Positions 1-9,964 are shown, numbered from the stretch's first letter. The stretch: DNA of 64,000 nt from an uncultured Spirochaetota bacterium (GCA_963745235.1 CAVUXE010000035.1:128001-192000), one strand, 5' to 3'. Program-made: numbers and translations. Notes: generated by a model not told the origin, from the letters alone.

Positions 1-418
1 TCGCCGCCGGAGAGCGTGCCGCCGTACTGCGTTGCCCGCTCCTTCGAGACGGGGGAAGCTCTTGTAGACGCGCTCCAGGGTCTCGCTGGATCTCCGCCTG
101 GTCGTTGCGCGTGTAGGCGCCCATCATGAGGTTTTCCCGCACCGAAAGGGGCGCAAAGATCTTGCGGCCCTCGGGGACGTGGCTGATGCCCATCTGGACG
201 ATCTTCTCCGCGGGCACCGTGGAGATGTCCTGCCCCTTGAAGCTGATCGACCCGGTGCGGGAGCGCAGGAGGCCGGAGAGGGTGCGGAGGGTCGTGGACT
301 TGCCCGCGCCGTTGGCGCCGATCAGGGTGACGATCTCGCCCTCGTCGACGTTGAAGGAGATGCCCTGCAGCGCGTGGATGGCGCCGTAGTAGACGTTGAG
401 GTTCTCAACCTGCAGCAC
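1..418 (-). CDS. livF: Branched-chain amino acid ABC transporter ATP-binding protein (runs off window end; apparent frameshift near 100)
   Basis: Manual translation from GTG 418: VLQVENLNVYYGAIHALQGISFNVDEGEIVTLIGANGAGKSTTL...HVPEGRKIFAPLSVRENL; last gene of liv operon. Confidence 0.9.
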   Translation of the reverse strand, partial: MLQVENLNVYYGAIHALQGISFNVDEGEIVTLIGANGAGKSTTLRTLSGLLRSRTGSISFKGQDISTVPAEKIVQMGISHVPEGRKIFAPLSVRENLMMGAYTRNDQAEIQRDPGARLQELPPSRRSGQRSTAARSPAA

Positions 419-1209
419 TGCTCGCCGCTCCTTTGCCGAGGTACGCCTCGATGACCGTCTGGTTGCCCTGGATCTCCTTCGGGGTGCCCCGGGCGATGAC
501 CTCGCCGAAATCCATGACGGTGATCCACTCGCAGATGCCCATGACGACGCGCATCTGGTGCTCGATGAGGAGGATGGTGAGCTTGAACCGGTCCCGGATG
601 AAATGGATCAGGTCCATCAGCTCGATGATCTCCCGCGGGTTCATCCCCGCCGCCGGCTCGTCGAGGAGCAGGAGCTGCGGCTTGCAGGCCAGGGCCCGGG
701 CGATCTCCACCCGGCGCTGCTCGCCGTAGGGGAGGTTCTTGGCGATCTCCTCCGCAATCCCGTCCAGCTTGAAGATGGAAAGGAAATCCAGGGCCTGGTC
801 GGTGAGCTCCTTTTCCTTGTCGAGGAACTTCCTGGTGCGCAGGAAGGCTGTCCGAGAGGCCGTACCCGGCGTGCGGATGATAGGCGATGCGCACGTTGTC
901 CAGGACGGAGAGAGTTGGAGAAAAGGCGGATGTTCTGGAACGTCCGGGCGATGCCCAGGCGGGTGATCTCGTACGGTTCCGGCCCGTCGATCCGCTCACC
1001 ATCCAGATTGATGCTCCCGGAGGAGAGCTGGATGAGACCCGTGATGAGGTTGAACACGGTGGTCTTGCCCGCGCCGTTGGGCCCGATCAGGCCCCAGAGG
1101 GCGCCCGCGGGAGGGACAGGGAGAAGTTCTTCACCGCGCAGAGGCCGCCGAAAAACTTGGTGATCTCATCGATTTCCAGGAGAGCCCCAGGTGCATTCGA
1201 ATCCGCCAT
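405..1209 (-). CDS. livG: Branched-chain amino acid ABC transporter ATP-binding protein, split over several frames
   Basis: Pieces: LLEIDEITKFFGGL, GLIGPNGAGKTTVFN, GIARTFQNIRLF, LLLLDEPAAGMN...IEHQM...EAYLG (ORF 405-710). Confidence 0.85.
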
Positions 1210-1210
1210 G

Positions 1211-2594
1211 TCAGGACAACTCCTTCTGCCGTGCCGGATCTCCGCCGGCCGCTGTTTCACTGTTCGCTTTGCCGCGACGGAGCACTCTTTCAGCTTTCAG
1301 GAACCCCCACTCGATGTTCCCCAGAAGCCCCTGGGGACGGATCAGCATGAGAAGCAGCAGGGTTATCGGGTACAGGACGAAGCGCCAGGTGGGCGCTTCG
1401 GTCCCCATCTGGCCCAGGAGGACCCGGAGGAAGCCTTCCAGGAAGAAGATCCATGCGAAGGCCGCCGCAAGCGTTCCCGTCATGCTGCCCAGGCCTCCGA
1501 AAACCACGATGATGAGCGGGTTGAATCCGGCAATGAAGCTGAACGTATTGGGGCTGAGGAACCCGATGTAGTGGGCGTAGACACCGCCGCCGATTCCCGC
1601 CACGAAGCTTCCCAGCACAAACGCCAGGAGCTTCGAACCCGCGACATCGATCCCCATTGCTTTTGCCGCCGTCTCATCCTCTCGCACGGACATCGAGGCG
1701 CGGCCCGTGCTGGAGCGCACGAAGTTCCGCACGATCACGATGACGAGCATAAGGAAGATGAAGGCAGTTACCCAAGTCGTGAGCTTGGGGATCCCGATCA
1801 TCCCTCTGCCTCCCTTCATTTCAGGGAAGGGGAGGATGGTGTCCGAGTTCACCATGAGCGTCTGGACGACGATGGCAAAGCCCAGGGTGGCAATCCCGAA
1901 GTAGTCGCTTCCCAGCGTGAGCACCGGGCAGGCCGAAAAGGAAGCTCACTTCGGCGGCGAAAGCCCCTGCAAAGATGACGGCCAGGAAAAACACGATCTG
2001 CTGCACCGCGGGTGACGAAAGAGGACCGGGAGCCGCCGTGGTTCCAAACAGGGGTGTCAAGGTGGAAGCAAGCTCGCGGCCCGCGTACAGGGCCGCTGCT
2101 CCCGCAATGACCACGGCGATCAGGTAGAACGTGAAGGCGGAAAGGACGGGGATGCCCCGGCGCATCCGCAGCAAGCGGGCGACACCCATCCACGCCAGAG
2201 CCGCGAGAATGACCCCGAGGCCGACCACGAAGAAACCGCTCGCGTCGCCGTTGGTCCATCTGTAGGTGATGTCAGCCGCCGCGTACGCGCCAATCCCGTA
2301 GAAACCCCACTGGGCAAGGCTGAACTGGCCGTTGAACCCGTAGATGAGGTTCAAGCCGAGGCACACCATGGCCATCGTGACGGCCTGGTAGAGAAGGCCC
2401 TGGTCGAACACCGAGAAAACCGCAAAATCACCGAATTGAGCAAGGAAAGCGAGCTGAATCACGCCGAAGGCCAGCAATACCGTGAGCGCCTTCTGCCAGA
2501 GCGCTTTGCGCGCAAGCCCCCACATGAGCCCGTAAATCCAGGCGATGAGGAGGGCCATTTTTACGATCGTCAAAAAGAGATAGCTCAGTTCCAT
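1211..2594 (-). CDS. livM: Branched-chain amino acid ABC permease, frameshift near 1925
   Basis: ORFs 1821-2594 (GLNLIYGFNGQFSL) and 1211-1924 (SDYFGIATLGF, GRASMSVREDETAAKAMGI, GGLGSMTG) join into one LivM. Confidence 0.85.
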
Positions 2595-2603
2595 CCCGTC
2601 CCC

Positions 2604-3734
2604 CTAGGCCTTCTCGCCCGCCGGCTCCCCGAAAATACCGGTGGGACGGACGAGGAAGACGATGATCAGGATCGTGAACGACACCGCGTCACGCATGGGC
2701 GTGGAGATGTAGCTCATCGTGAGAGATTCAGCCTGTCCCATGATGAGGGCACCTACGAAGGCGCCGGGGATGTTGCCGATGCCGCCGAGCACCGCCGCAA
2801 CGAAGGCCTTGAGGCCGGGGAGGATGCCAAGCTGGGTCCAGATGGATTCGTACGCGATGGCGTACAAGACGCCGCCCATGCCGGCGAACGCCGCGCCGAC
2901 GGCGAAAGTGAAGGAGATCACACGGTCGACGTTTATCCCCATCAGCCGCGAGGTGGGCTTGTCGAATGAAGTGGCCCTCATTGCGATCCCGATCTTCGTC
3001 CTCCTGATAAGGAACTGCAGGAAGAGCTGCACCAGGACCGAGGCCGCAAGAATGATCAGGAAGATGTTGGAGAAAGTGATGGTATTGTCAGGAGAGGCCT
3101 GCCCTGAGTGAATTCGATGGATACCATCTTTGACGTACCACGCGGTGATGTCGAACGGGGCCTTGTAGGGAATGAACCGCGGAGAGAAAACAAACTGAAG
3201 CGCGCCGAAAAACTCCAGAAAGAACGAGACGCCGATGGCGGTAATAAGCGCCGCGATGCGCGGGGCATCCCGCAAGGGCTTGTATGCCACCCTTTCAATG
3301 GTAACGGCGAGCACGGTGCAGACCAGCATGGCAAGGAGAATGACGGTGATGGAACCGATGACCACAGAAAGTCCCTCCGGAACGCCGGGGAAGACCATCT
3401 CAGGCCACCGATGCAAGTGGAACTGCGCGACGGCATAGAAGCTGGTGAATGCACCCACCATGAAAATGTCGCCATGGGCGAAGTTGATCAACTTTACGAT
3501 GCCATACACCATCGTGTAGCCGAGGGCGATGAGCGCGTAGACGAACCCGAGCTTCAAGCCGTCAAGGACGTTCTGCAGGAACAGGATCGGGCTTCGCACG
3601 AAGTTGGTCACGAGGATGTAAGCCGCGAACAACGCAAGCAGGAGGAGAAACCCGTTTCCGACCCACGCCAGGGGCGCACGGTTTCTCCCCGCAATGGCGG
3701 ACGTGGCCGCAAGATGTTCGTTTTTCACAGGCAT
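2604..3734 (-). CDS. livH: Branched-chain amino acid ABC permease
   Basis: YALIALGYTMVYGIVKLINFAHGD; GLKAFVAAVLGGIGNIPGA; RPTGIFG. Confidence 0.93.
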   Translation of the reverse strand: MPVKNEHLAATSAIAGRNRAPLAWVGNGFLLLLALFAAYILVTNFVRSPILFLQNVLDGLKLGFVYALIALGYTMVYGIVKLINFAHGDIFMVGAFTSFYAVAQFHLHRWPEMVFPGVPEGLSVVIGSITVILLAMLVCTVLAVTIERVAYKPLRDAPRIAALITAIGVSFFLEFFGALQFVFSPRFIPYKAPFDITAWYVKDGIHRIHSGQASPDNTITFSNIFLIILAASVLVQLFLQFLIRRTKIGIAMRATSFDKPTSRLMGINVDRVISFTFAVGAAFAGMGGVLYAIAYESIWTQLGILPGLKAFVAAVLGGIGNIPGAFVGALIMGQAESLTMSYISTPMRDAVSFTILIIVFLVRPTGIFGEPAGEKA

Positions 3735-3767
3735 GTGCGCTCCGCTCTAGGTAAGATTGAAGAAATC

Positions 3768-3793
3768 GAGAGGGCAACCCTCGGGTTGCCCTC
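3768..3793. terminator. Stem-loop between binding-protein gene and livH (terminator or mRNA stabiliser)
   Basis: GAGGGCAACCC-TC-GGGTTGCCCTC inverted repeat. Confidence 0.6.
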
Positions 3794-3812
3794 TCCGAAA
3801 TGCTCTTTCAGG

Positions 3813-4964
3813 CTATGGAGAGACGAACGAGTCGAACACCTTCTTGCCGCCCTTCACGTGGATGATGACAGCCCCCTTGATGGGGTCGTGCTGGGCGTCA
3901 AAGGTGATCTTGCCGGACACTGCGTTGAAGGTGATTCCTTCCAACGCGGTCTTCACCTTGTCCGTGTTGTCCGCGCCGGCGTTCTGGATTCCCTGCAGCA
4001 GCAGGTTGGTGGCGTCATACGCAAGCGTAGCCAGGGCGTCGGGAACGATCGGCTTGCCCGAAGCGTCCTTGTACTTGTCTCCGTAGGCCTTCAGGAAGTT
4101 CTGCACCTCGGGCCGGGGGTCCGCGGGGTCATAGTGGTTGGTGTAGTAGCCGTTGTCAGCAGCTTTGACATCCAAGTCCGAAGAATCCCATCCATCTCCG
4201 CCCATGAACGGCGCGATGATGCCTTTTTCTTTTGCCTGCTTGGTCGCCAAGTTGACGACGTTGTAATAGTCGGGGAGGTACACAAGGTCTGGCTTTGCCG
4301 CTTTTACCTTTGCCAGGATGGCGGAGAAGTCAGTGTCCGTGCCCGTGTAGTTCTCTTTGCCGACGATCTGTCCGCCGAGCTGGGTGAAGGCGGCTTCAAA
4401 CGCTTCCGCCAGACCTTTCACGTAGTCGTTGCTCTGGTCGGCCATGACGAATGCCTTCTTGGCCTTCAGGTTGTTCACCGCGAACGTGGCCGCGACTTTG
4501 CCCTGGAAGGGGTCGATGAAGCATGCGCGGAAGATATACGGCTTCGTCGCGCCGGTCTTGTCCAACGTGACCGTCGGGTTGGTGGACGTCGGGGAGATCT
4601 GGATGACTTTCGCGGCGTTGGCAATCTCCGATATGGGGATTGAAGCCTTGGAGCACACTTCCCCGATGATGTAGTGCACTTTGTCCTGGTTGATGACCTT
4701 GTTGGCCGCATTCACCGCGGGGTCAGGGGTGCACTGGCTGTCCTCGACGATCGGCGTGATCTTCAGGCCGAGAACACCGCCTTTCGCGTTCCATTCATCG
4801 ATTGCGAGCAGGGCTCCATCACGGGTGGACACGCCGAATGTCGGGACGGGGCCCGACAGCGGCGCAAGCACGGCCACCTTGAGGACCTTGGGTGCCTGCT
4901 GGCAGCCGACGAACACTACGACGAGCGCCAGCGCGATGGCAACGAGCGACAGAAAACGCTTCAT
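3813..4964 (-). CDS. Branched-chain amino acid ABC substrate-binding lipoprotein (LivJ/LivK family)
   Basis: Lipobox VFVGC; PLSGPVPTFG, SPTSTNP, FRACFIDPFQG, GGDGWD. Confidence 0.92.
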   Translation of the reverse strand: MKRFLSLVAIALALVVVFVGCQQAPKVLKVAVLAPLSGPVPTFGVSTRDGALLAIDEWNAKGGVLGLKITPIVEDSQCTPDPAVNAANKVINQDKVHYIIGEVCSKASIPISEIANAAKVIQISPTSTNPTVTLDKTGATKPYIFRACFIDPFQGKVAATFAVNNLKAKKAFVMADQSNDYVKGLAEAFEAAFTQLGGQIVGKENYTGTDTDFSAILAKVKAAKPDLVYLPDYYNVVNLATKQAKEKGIIAPFMGGDGWDSSDLDVKAADNGYYTNHYDPADPRPEVQNFLKAYGDKYKDASGKPIVPDALATLAYDATNLLLQGIQNAGADNTDKVKTALEGITFNAVSGKITFDAQHDPIKGAVIIHVKGGKKVFDSFVSP

Positions 4965-5148
4965 TCTTTCCTCCTTCTATAGAATTTCTTTAAAAAGCGT
5001 TCTTGGTGATGAAACGGGGCTGAGCTCCCGGCCGGTCAGACCAGACTCAGCATACCCATCTTGCGAGTTACGTCTCCACCTCCTTGCGTGAGCGAACGAT
5101 GCCGCGAACCGGACCGCGGAGAGACTTTTTGGCAGGGAATCGTGGAAA

Positions 5149-5176
5149 ATAATACTCCCGCTGAACAAATTGTCAA
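5149..5176 (-). promoter_or_regulatory. Putative sigma70 promoter of liv operon
   Basis: TTGACA-16 nt-TATTAT on minus strand. Confidence 0.5.
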
Positions 5177-5208
5177 GCATCAAGGCCGCTCTCGCCGCGC
5201 TCATGGAG

Positions 5209-5604
5209 CTACGCAAGAAGCCTGTTGCGAACCTCGGGCAGCTCGCAGTACCAGAGCTCGACCGCCGAAAGGACCATCGCGACAGCGGCAATAATAACGT
5301 ACTCGGCGTCGAAGCGCTGGACCCCTCCTGCGTTTTCGGTCGCATGCGGAAGAAGCATCATCAGCCTGCTGATGATGTTGAACCCTTGGGAAAAGGACAG
5401 CAGGTACCAGGGCCAGGAAGCCGCGCTCTTGCGGAAGATAAGTTGGACGAGAGCAATGACCACGAGGAAAGAAAGGAAGATCGGGAGCCACCACTCCTGC
5501 GTGCGGGGCGAATACGAGGAGGCGGGCAAGATCAAGAGCGGCACAAGCTGAAACCAGAGAACGACATAGGCGACGACGCGGTTGCTGAGCAATTTTCGGA
5601 GCAT
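5209..5604 (-). CDS. Hypothetical membrane protein (about 4 TM)
   Basis: 131 aa ORF with four hydrophobic stretches. Confidence 0.7.
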   Translation of the reverse strand: MLRKLLSNRVVAYVVLWFQLVPLLILPASSYSPRTQEWWLPIFLSFLVVIALVQLIFRKSAASWPWYLLSFSQGFNIISRLMMLLPHATENAGGVQRFDAEYVIIAAVAMVLSAVELWYCELPEVRNRLLA

Positions 5605-5661
5605 GAAAGCACAATATCATGGGGGGAGACGGAATGTCGAGAGAAAATTTTCCCTCCCCCT

Positions 5662-5825
5662 TCGCCATCCAACACTGCGGAATACCGCAGTGGGGCTACA
5701 GGGCGCCTTCCGCACATCCCTGTGCTCGGCGCCCTCTCGCCATCCAACACTGCGGAATACCGCAGTGGGGCTACAGGGCGCCTTCCGCACATCCCTGTGC
5801 TCGGCGCCCTCTCGCCATCCATGGC
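5662..5825 (-). repeat. 75-bp tandem repeat (2 copies plus partial) of nested hairpins directly 3' of tRNA-Thr
   Basis: TCGCCATCC recurs at 5662, 5737 and 5812; each unit has CACTGCGG-AATA-CCGCAGTG and AGGGCGCC...GCACA-TCCC-TGTGC...GGCGCCCT stems. Confidence 0.92.
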
Positions 5826-5828
5826 TAG

Positions 5829-5901
5829 AGCCAAGACTGGGAATCGAACCCAGGACCTGCGCATTACGAGTGCGCTGCTCTACCAGCTGAGCTATCTTGG
5901 C
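5829..5901 (-). tRNA. tRNA-Thr(CGT), CCA not encoded
   Basis: GCCAAGATAGCTCAGCTGGTAGAGCAGCGCACTCGTAATGCGCAGGTCCTGGGTTCGATTCCCAGTCTTGGCT; cloverleaf, anticodon loop CTCGTAA. Confidence 0.96.
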
Positions 5902-5910
5902 GTGCCCGGC

Positions 5911-5939
5911 AGCATACAGAAATGGAATGGGAATGGCAA
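5911..5939 (-). promoter_or_regulatory. Sigma70 promoter for tRNA-Thr
   Basis: TTGCCA-17 nt-TATGCT, ending 10 nt upstream of the tRNA. Confidence 0.7.
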
Positions 5940-5955
5940 TGGGTGGCTGGCTGCG

Positions 5956-7445
5956 GGGTGCAAATTCCGGCTGTTGGTAGTTTTGGGGCTAGAAAGGTCC
6001 CTCCCAGCGCGTGGTAAACTACCACTGGCAAAAATCTCGAAGCTGGGAGGGAAAGGACAATGGATTCTCTGGTAACGCAAATCCTTGAAAACTTCAAGGC
6101 AGCATATGGGCTGAAGATCACCGACAGCAGCGACATGTTTCTGACCGAGAAGAACCTTCTGGAGTTCCTCATGAGACTGGGACGCGCAACCATGGGCGCC
6201 GTCTTCGAGCAGTTGGACACGGGCTATGAGGGAGCCGTCATTCGCAAAGACGCTCGGAAGTACAAGTTCGTAGGCTACCGCAGGACCAGTCTTCACGGAC
6301 TATTCGGGATGGTCGAATACCGGCGAGCCTACTACTTCAGTAAGCAAGAAGGCGGTGGGGGATACTTTCCCCAGGATGAGAAACTGGGAATCCAGATGCG
6401 ACACACTCCCGGCTGCCAGTACTTTCTCTCCTCCTTTACAGGGCGGGAGGCCTATCAAAAGAGCCTGGATCGGTTTCACGAGATCTTTCGCCCTGATGCA
6501 ACGGAGCTGATCTCCTTGAGGAAGTCCTTGGACATGGACGCAGAGTTGGGCGAGCGTCTGGAGGGGCTGCGACAAGAGGAGATCGCGCAGGTCTTCGACA
6601 AGAGGCAGCTCATAGCCAAAGAGAATGTGATCAAGGAGCGGATGGCAGTGTCGGTGGATGCCACGAAGCTTCGCCAGCGAGGAGAGGAAGAGCGAAGTGT
6701 TGATGGCAAAAGAACTTGCCCGACCGTGTGGCGCGATGTGAAGGTGGGGGCGGTCTCCTCGATTGGCTGGGACGAAAAGCAGCAGGAGGCGTTTTGCACA
6801 GCCAGCAGCTACGTCAGCGGCATCGAACACGCCGATGAGTTCTTCAAGCGCTTGACGGTGGAGGTGCAACGCCGAGCGGAGGATGTGAAAAAGACGCGGC
6901 TGGTGTTCCTGGCTGATGGGGCGAAGTGGATCTGGGATCGTTTCGTTGAGCTTGCTCCGCCCAACAGCACCTTCATTCTGGATTTCTATCACGCCTGCGA
7001 GCACGTCTCGGAGCTGTGCAAGAAACTCTATGGCGAACAGACTCCCGAGTACTGGAAACATTTCAAAGCTTGGAAAACCACCCTCTGGGAAGGAAAAGTC
7101 GAGACGTTCCTCCAAGAATTGCATGTGATTCGTGACATGGTTGAGCACAGGGACTACCGCGACCTCATCCAAGGGCAGATCGACTATTTCACCGACAACA
7201 AAGAAAGGATGCAGTATGACGTCTACCGTGGTGCCCGCCTTCCCATTGGCAGCGGCACCATCGAGAGTGCCTGTAAGAACGTCATCGCGGGCCGAATGAA
7301 GCAGGGAGGCATGACGTGGTCGGAGACAGGGGCAGACGGGATGCTGCAGATCCGCAGCTCCATTGCAAGCGGCCGCCATCTGCAGGATTTCCTGGCCACG
7401 CTGGACCGGGCAGCGTAAATCTACCTACTTATTGAAATCGCTCCC
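5956..7445 (+). mobile_element. Insertion sequence, ISKra4/ISLre2-like (Mutator-like DDE), 1490 bp
   Basis: 9-bp direct repeat CTGGCTGCG at 5947-5955 and 7446-7454; imperfect 25-bp terminal IRs (GGGTGCAAATTC...GGTAG vs GGGAGCGATTTC...GGTAG, 16/25 identical). Confidence 0.9.
6060..7418 (+). CDS. Transposase, ISKra4/UPF0236-type
   Basis: SVDAT, ADGAKWIW, LDFYHACEH, PIGSGTIESACKNVI..RMKQGGMTW. Confidence 0.92.
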   Translation: MDSLVTQILENFKAAYGLKITDSSDMFLTEKNLLEFLMRLGRATMGAVFEQLDTGYEGAVIRKDARKYKFVGYRRTSLHGLFGMVEYRRAYYFSKQEGGGGYFPQDEKLGIQMRHTPGCQYFLSSFTGREAYQKSLDRFHEIFRPDATELISLRKSLDMDAELGERLEGLRQEEIAQVFDKRQLIAKENVIKERMAVSVDATKLRQRGEEERSVDGKRTCPTVWRDVKVGAVSSIGWDEKQQEAFCTASSYVSGIEHADEFFKRLTVEVQRRAEDVKKTRLVFLADGAKWIWDRFVELAPPNSTFILDFYHACEHVSELCKKLYGEQTPEYWKHFKAWKTTLWEGKVETFLQELHVIRDMVEHRDYRDLIQGQIDYFTDNKERMQYDVYRGARLPIGSGTIESACKNVIAGRMKQGGMTWSETGADGMLQIRSSIASGRHLQDFLATLDRAA

Positions 7446-7463
7446 CTGGCTGCGCGTCTTTCA

Positions 7464-7490
7464 TCAAGGACCGCACCAGTCTTCCGATAA
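7464..7490 (+). promoter_or_regulatory. Sigma28 (FliA) promoter of flgF operon
   Basis: TCAA-15 nt-TCCGATAA, close to TAAA-N15-GCCGATAA consensus. Confidence 0.8.
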
Positions 7491-7544
7491 TGAGGAAGGG
7501 GAGAAGGACGCAGCGGGCCCCCATGGCTGCTGCAGGAGGTATCC

Positions 7545-8393
7545 GTGGTTCGTGGGCTGTACACGGGCGCAAGCGGGATGGTTGTCCAGATGAACCGCAT
7601 GGACGAGATTGCCAACAATCTCGCCAATGTGGATCTCAACGGTTACAAGAAGGACACCGCCATCGAGAAGGCTTTCCCCGAGATGCTGATGCGGCGAATG
7701 AACGACGACGCTGTCTATAAGTTCCCGATGGGATCCGTCGATTCTTCGCCGATCGTGGGCACCATCGGCACCGGCGTGGAGACAAACGAGGTTTACACGA
7801 ACTTTGCCCAGGGGCCGATGAAGCAGACGGAAAACGACTTCGACATGGCCCTCGATGGTGACGGCTTTTTCACGGTCCAGACCCCCCAGGGGGAGCGGCT
7901 CACCCGCAATGGCGCATTCCTTGTAAACAAGGACGGCTACCTGGTCACCAAGAGCGGGGACTACGTGCTCGGGGAGAACGGTCCCATCAAGCTGAAGAAG
8001 AACAACTTCGTGGTGGACCAGGACGGCACGGTGTGGCAGAACGCCACCTTCGCGGCGGACGACAAACGCCTCGTCTCCCAGCAGGAAAACCAGTGGGAGA
8101 ACATCGAGAAGGTGGATCGCCTGCGCGTCGTCGACGTCACCCGCAAGAGATACCTGCAGAAGCAGGGGAACTCGTACTGGCGGACCACGGACGAATCCGG
8201 GCCCGCGGACATCATTGGGCCCGACGCCCGGCCGAAGGTGCGCCAGGGCTTCCTGGAGGGCGCGAACGTGAACGCCGTCACCGAGATGGTGGAGATGATC
8301 GAGGTGAACCGCGCATACGACGCGAACCAGCGCACGGTACAGACGGAAGATTCCCTGATCGGAAAGCTCTGGAATGAGGTGGTGAGAGTATGA
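7545..8393 (+). CDS. flgF: Flagellar basal-body rod protein (FlgF/FlgG family)
   Basis: IANNLANVDLNGYKKD; LTRNGAF; QGFLEGANVNAVTEMVEMI. Confidence 0.85.
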   Translation: MVRGLYTGASGMVVQMNRMDEIANNLANVDLNGYKKDTAIEKAFPEMLMRRMNDDAVYKFPMGSVDSSPIVGTIGTGVETNEVYTNFAQGPMKQTENDFDMALDGDGFFTVQTPQGERLTRNGAFLVNKDGYLVTKSGDYVLGENGPIKLKKNNFVVDQDGTVWQNATFAADDKRLVSQQENQWENIEKVDRLRVVDVTRKRYLQKQGNSYWRTTDESGPADIIGPDARPKVRQGFLEGANVNAVTEMVEMIEVNRAYDANQRTVQTEDSLIGKLWNEVVRV

Positions 8394-9184
8394 TGCGATC
8401 ACTGTGGACAGCTGCGTCGGGCATGACCGGCCAGCAGTTCAACATAGACACGATTTCCAACAACCTGGCCAACGTGAACACCACGGGGTTCAAGCAGATG
8501 CGGCCGGATTTTGAAGACCTGCTGTACCAGACCGAACGACTGGCAGGCACGCCCGCCACCGAGGCCACGGTGGTGCCCACCGGCGTCCAGGTGGGTCATG
8601 GTGTCCGCCCGGCGGCAACACAGAAGATCTTCACCCAGGGCGCGCTGCAGCAAACGGGCAACCCTTCCGACATCGCCATCGAGGGTGATGGGTTCTTCCG
8701 CGTGCTGCAGTACGACGGAACCTATGGCTACACCAGGGACGGGTCGTTCAAGATCGACTCAAACGGCCAGCTTGTCACATCGGGCGGCTACAAGCTCCTG
8801 CCCGAAGTCGTGCTCCCTGAGGGGTTCGTCAACGACAGCCTGACGATATCCCAGGACGGACGGATCACCGTGAAGGTGGCAGGCAGTGACGATCCGGTGG
8901 ACGTTGGACAGCTGGAGATCTATCGCTTCGTCAACCCGGCGGGGCTGGAGTCGATTGGCGAGAACCTGATGAAGCTGACAAACGCTTCCGGTGACCCGAT
9001 CCCAGGCCGGCCGGGCTTCGATGGAATGGGCAAGACATTGCAGAGGTTCCTGGAGATGTCCAACGTTTCCGTGGTCAGGGAAATGGTCAACATGATAGTG
9101 GCCCAGAGGGCGTACGAGCTGAACTCCCGGGCAATCCAGACTTCCGACTCGATGCTCGCAACCGCCACGTCGTTGAAGCGGTAA
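8390..9184 (+). CDS. flgG: Flagellar distal rod protein
   Basis: MMRSLWTAASGM; ISNNLANVNTTGFK; YTRDGSF; LEMSNVSVVREMVNMIVAQRAYE. Confidence 0.96.
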   Translation: MMRSLWTAASGMTGQQFNIDTISNNLANVNTTGFKQMRPDFEDLLYQTERLAGTPATEATVVPTGVQVGHGVRPAATQKIFTQGALQQTGNPSDIAIEGDGFFRVLQYDGTYGYTRDGSFKIDSNGQLVTSGGYKLLPEVVLPEGFVNDSLTISQDGRITVKVAGSDDPVDVGQLEIYRFVNPAGLESIGENLMKLTNASGDPIPGRPGFDGMGKTLQRFLEMSNVSVVREMVNMIVAQRAYELNSRAIQTSDSMLATATSLKR

Positions 9185-9193
9185 CGGCACGCC

Positions 9194-9964
9194 ATGAGAC
9201 GCGCGCGGCGCCTCTTCGCGCTTCTCGGGTTGCTCCTCCTGGCAGCAGCGGCTGTTGAAGCGGGCGGAGTCACCATCTACGTCCAGCGTGTCCTGGTCAC
9301 CGACCCTGGTGACATCCGCCTGGGAGACCTGGTGCAGCCCGCCGGCGACACCCCTGCTGCCGCCGGGGAAACACTTGCGCTGAATGTCGCCACACTCTCC
9401 AATCACCTCCTCTACATACCCTCCCGCTCCTACATGGACAGCGTTGTGGGCGCCTTCGGACGTGACTCCATCTTCGTAGGGTCACGGAGTCTCGTGATCC
9501 CGCGCGGTCTCCTCCCGGACAACGAAGTCCCGCTCATGGACAAGCTCGTGGATTTTCTGAGCTCCTCCGGCGTGCTTGCAAACGATGTCGCGGACATAGA
9601 GCTTCGGACCGTACAGCTGATCGGAACCCTTCCCGCAAACGTTTCACCTTCGTTCCAGCTCGTGAGATCGTCGCGAGGGGGGGCCGTCGAGGTCTCGTAT
9701 ACGGCGAGCGGTGACGGCGGGCAGGCGAGCGGCAGGATCATCCTGGCGATGCAGGGAGACCCGCGCTCGGCGACGGCGGACGTTCGTGCGAGCGATCCTG
9801 TGCGCATTGTCTTTCACAGGGGACCCATCACCATTGAGACGCAGGGCAAGGCGCTGGGCGCCGCGGCGGTGGGTGAGACGGTGAACGTGCTGGTGACTGA
9901 CAGCCGCAAGAGCTTCTCCGGCAGGCTGCTGGCAGGGAAGGCGGTGGATGTTGAGCTTCCGTAG
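9194..9964 (+). CDS. flgA: P-ring assembly chaperone FlgA-like
   Basis: Signal peptide; C-terminal ITIETQGKALGAAAVGETVNV SAF-like motif; lies between flgG and flgI. Confidence 0.75.
   Translation: MRRARRLFALLGLLLLAAAAVEAGGVTIYVQRVLVTDPGDIRLGDLVQPAGDTPAAAGETLALNVATLSNHLLYIPSRSYMDSVVGAFGRDSIFVGSRSLVIPRGLLPDNEVPLMDKLVDFLSSSGVLANDVADIELRTVQLIGTLPANVSPSFQLVRSSRGGAVEVSYTASGDGGQASGRIILAMQGDPRSATADVRASDPVRIVFHRGPITIETQGKALGAAAVGETVNVLVTDSRKSFSGRLLAGKAVDVELP

Noticed and set aside
3108-4643. Long antisense ORFs (also 44263-45558, 51222-52655, 54999-56528, 57617-58993)
   Set aside because: Shadows of real genes caused by high-GC codon bias, with no recognisable motifs
5662-5820. Tandem repeat as a CRISPR array
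   Set aside because: Whole 75-bp units are identical with no unique spacers, and there are no cas genes in the window
5170-6075. 301-aa ORF with an internal peptide repeat
   Set aside because: Antisense to a membrane-protein gene and tRNA-Thr; the peptide repeat is just the DNA repeat
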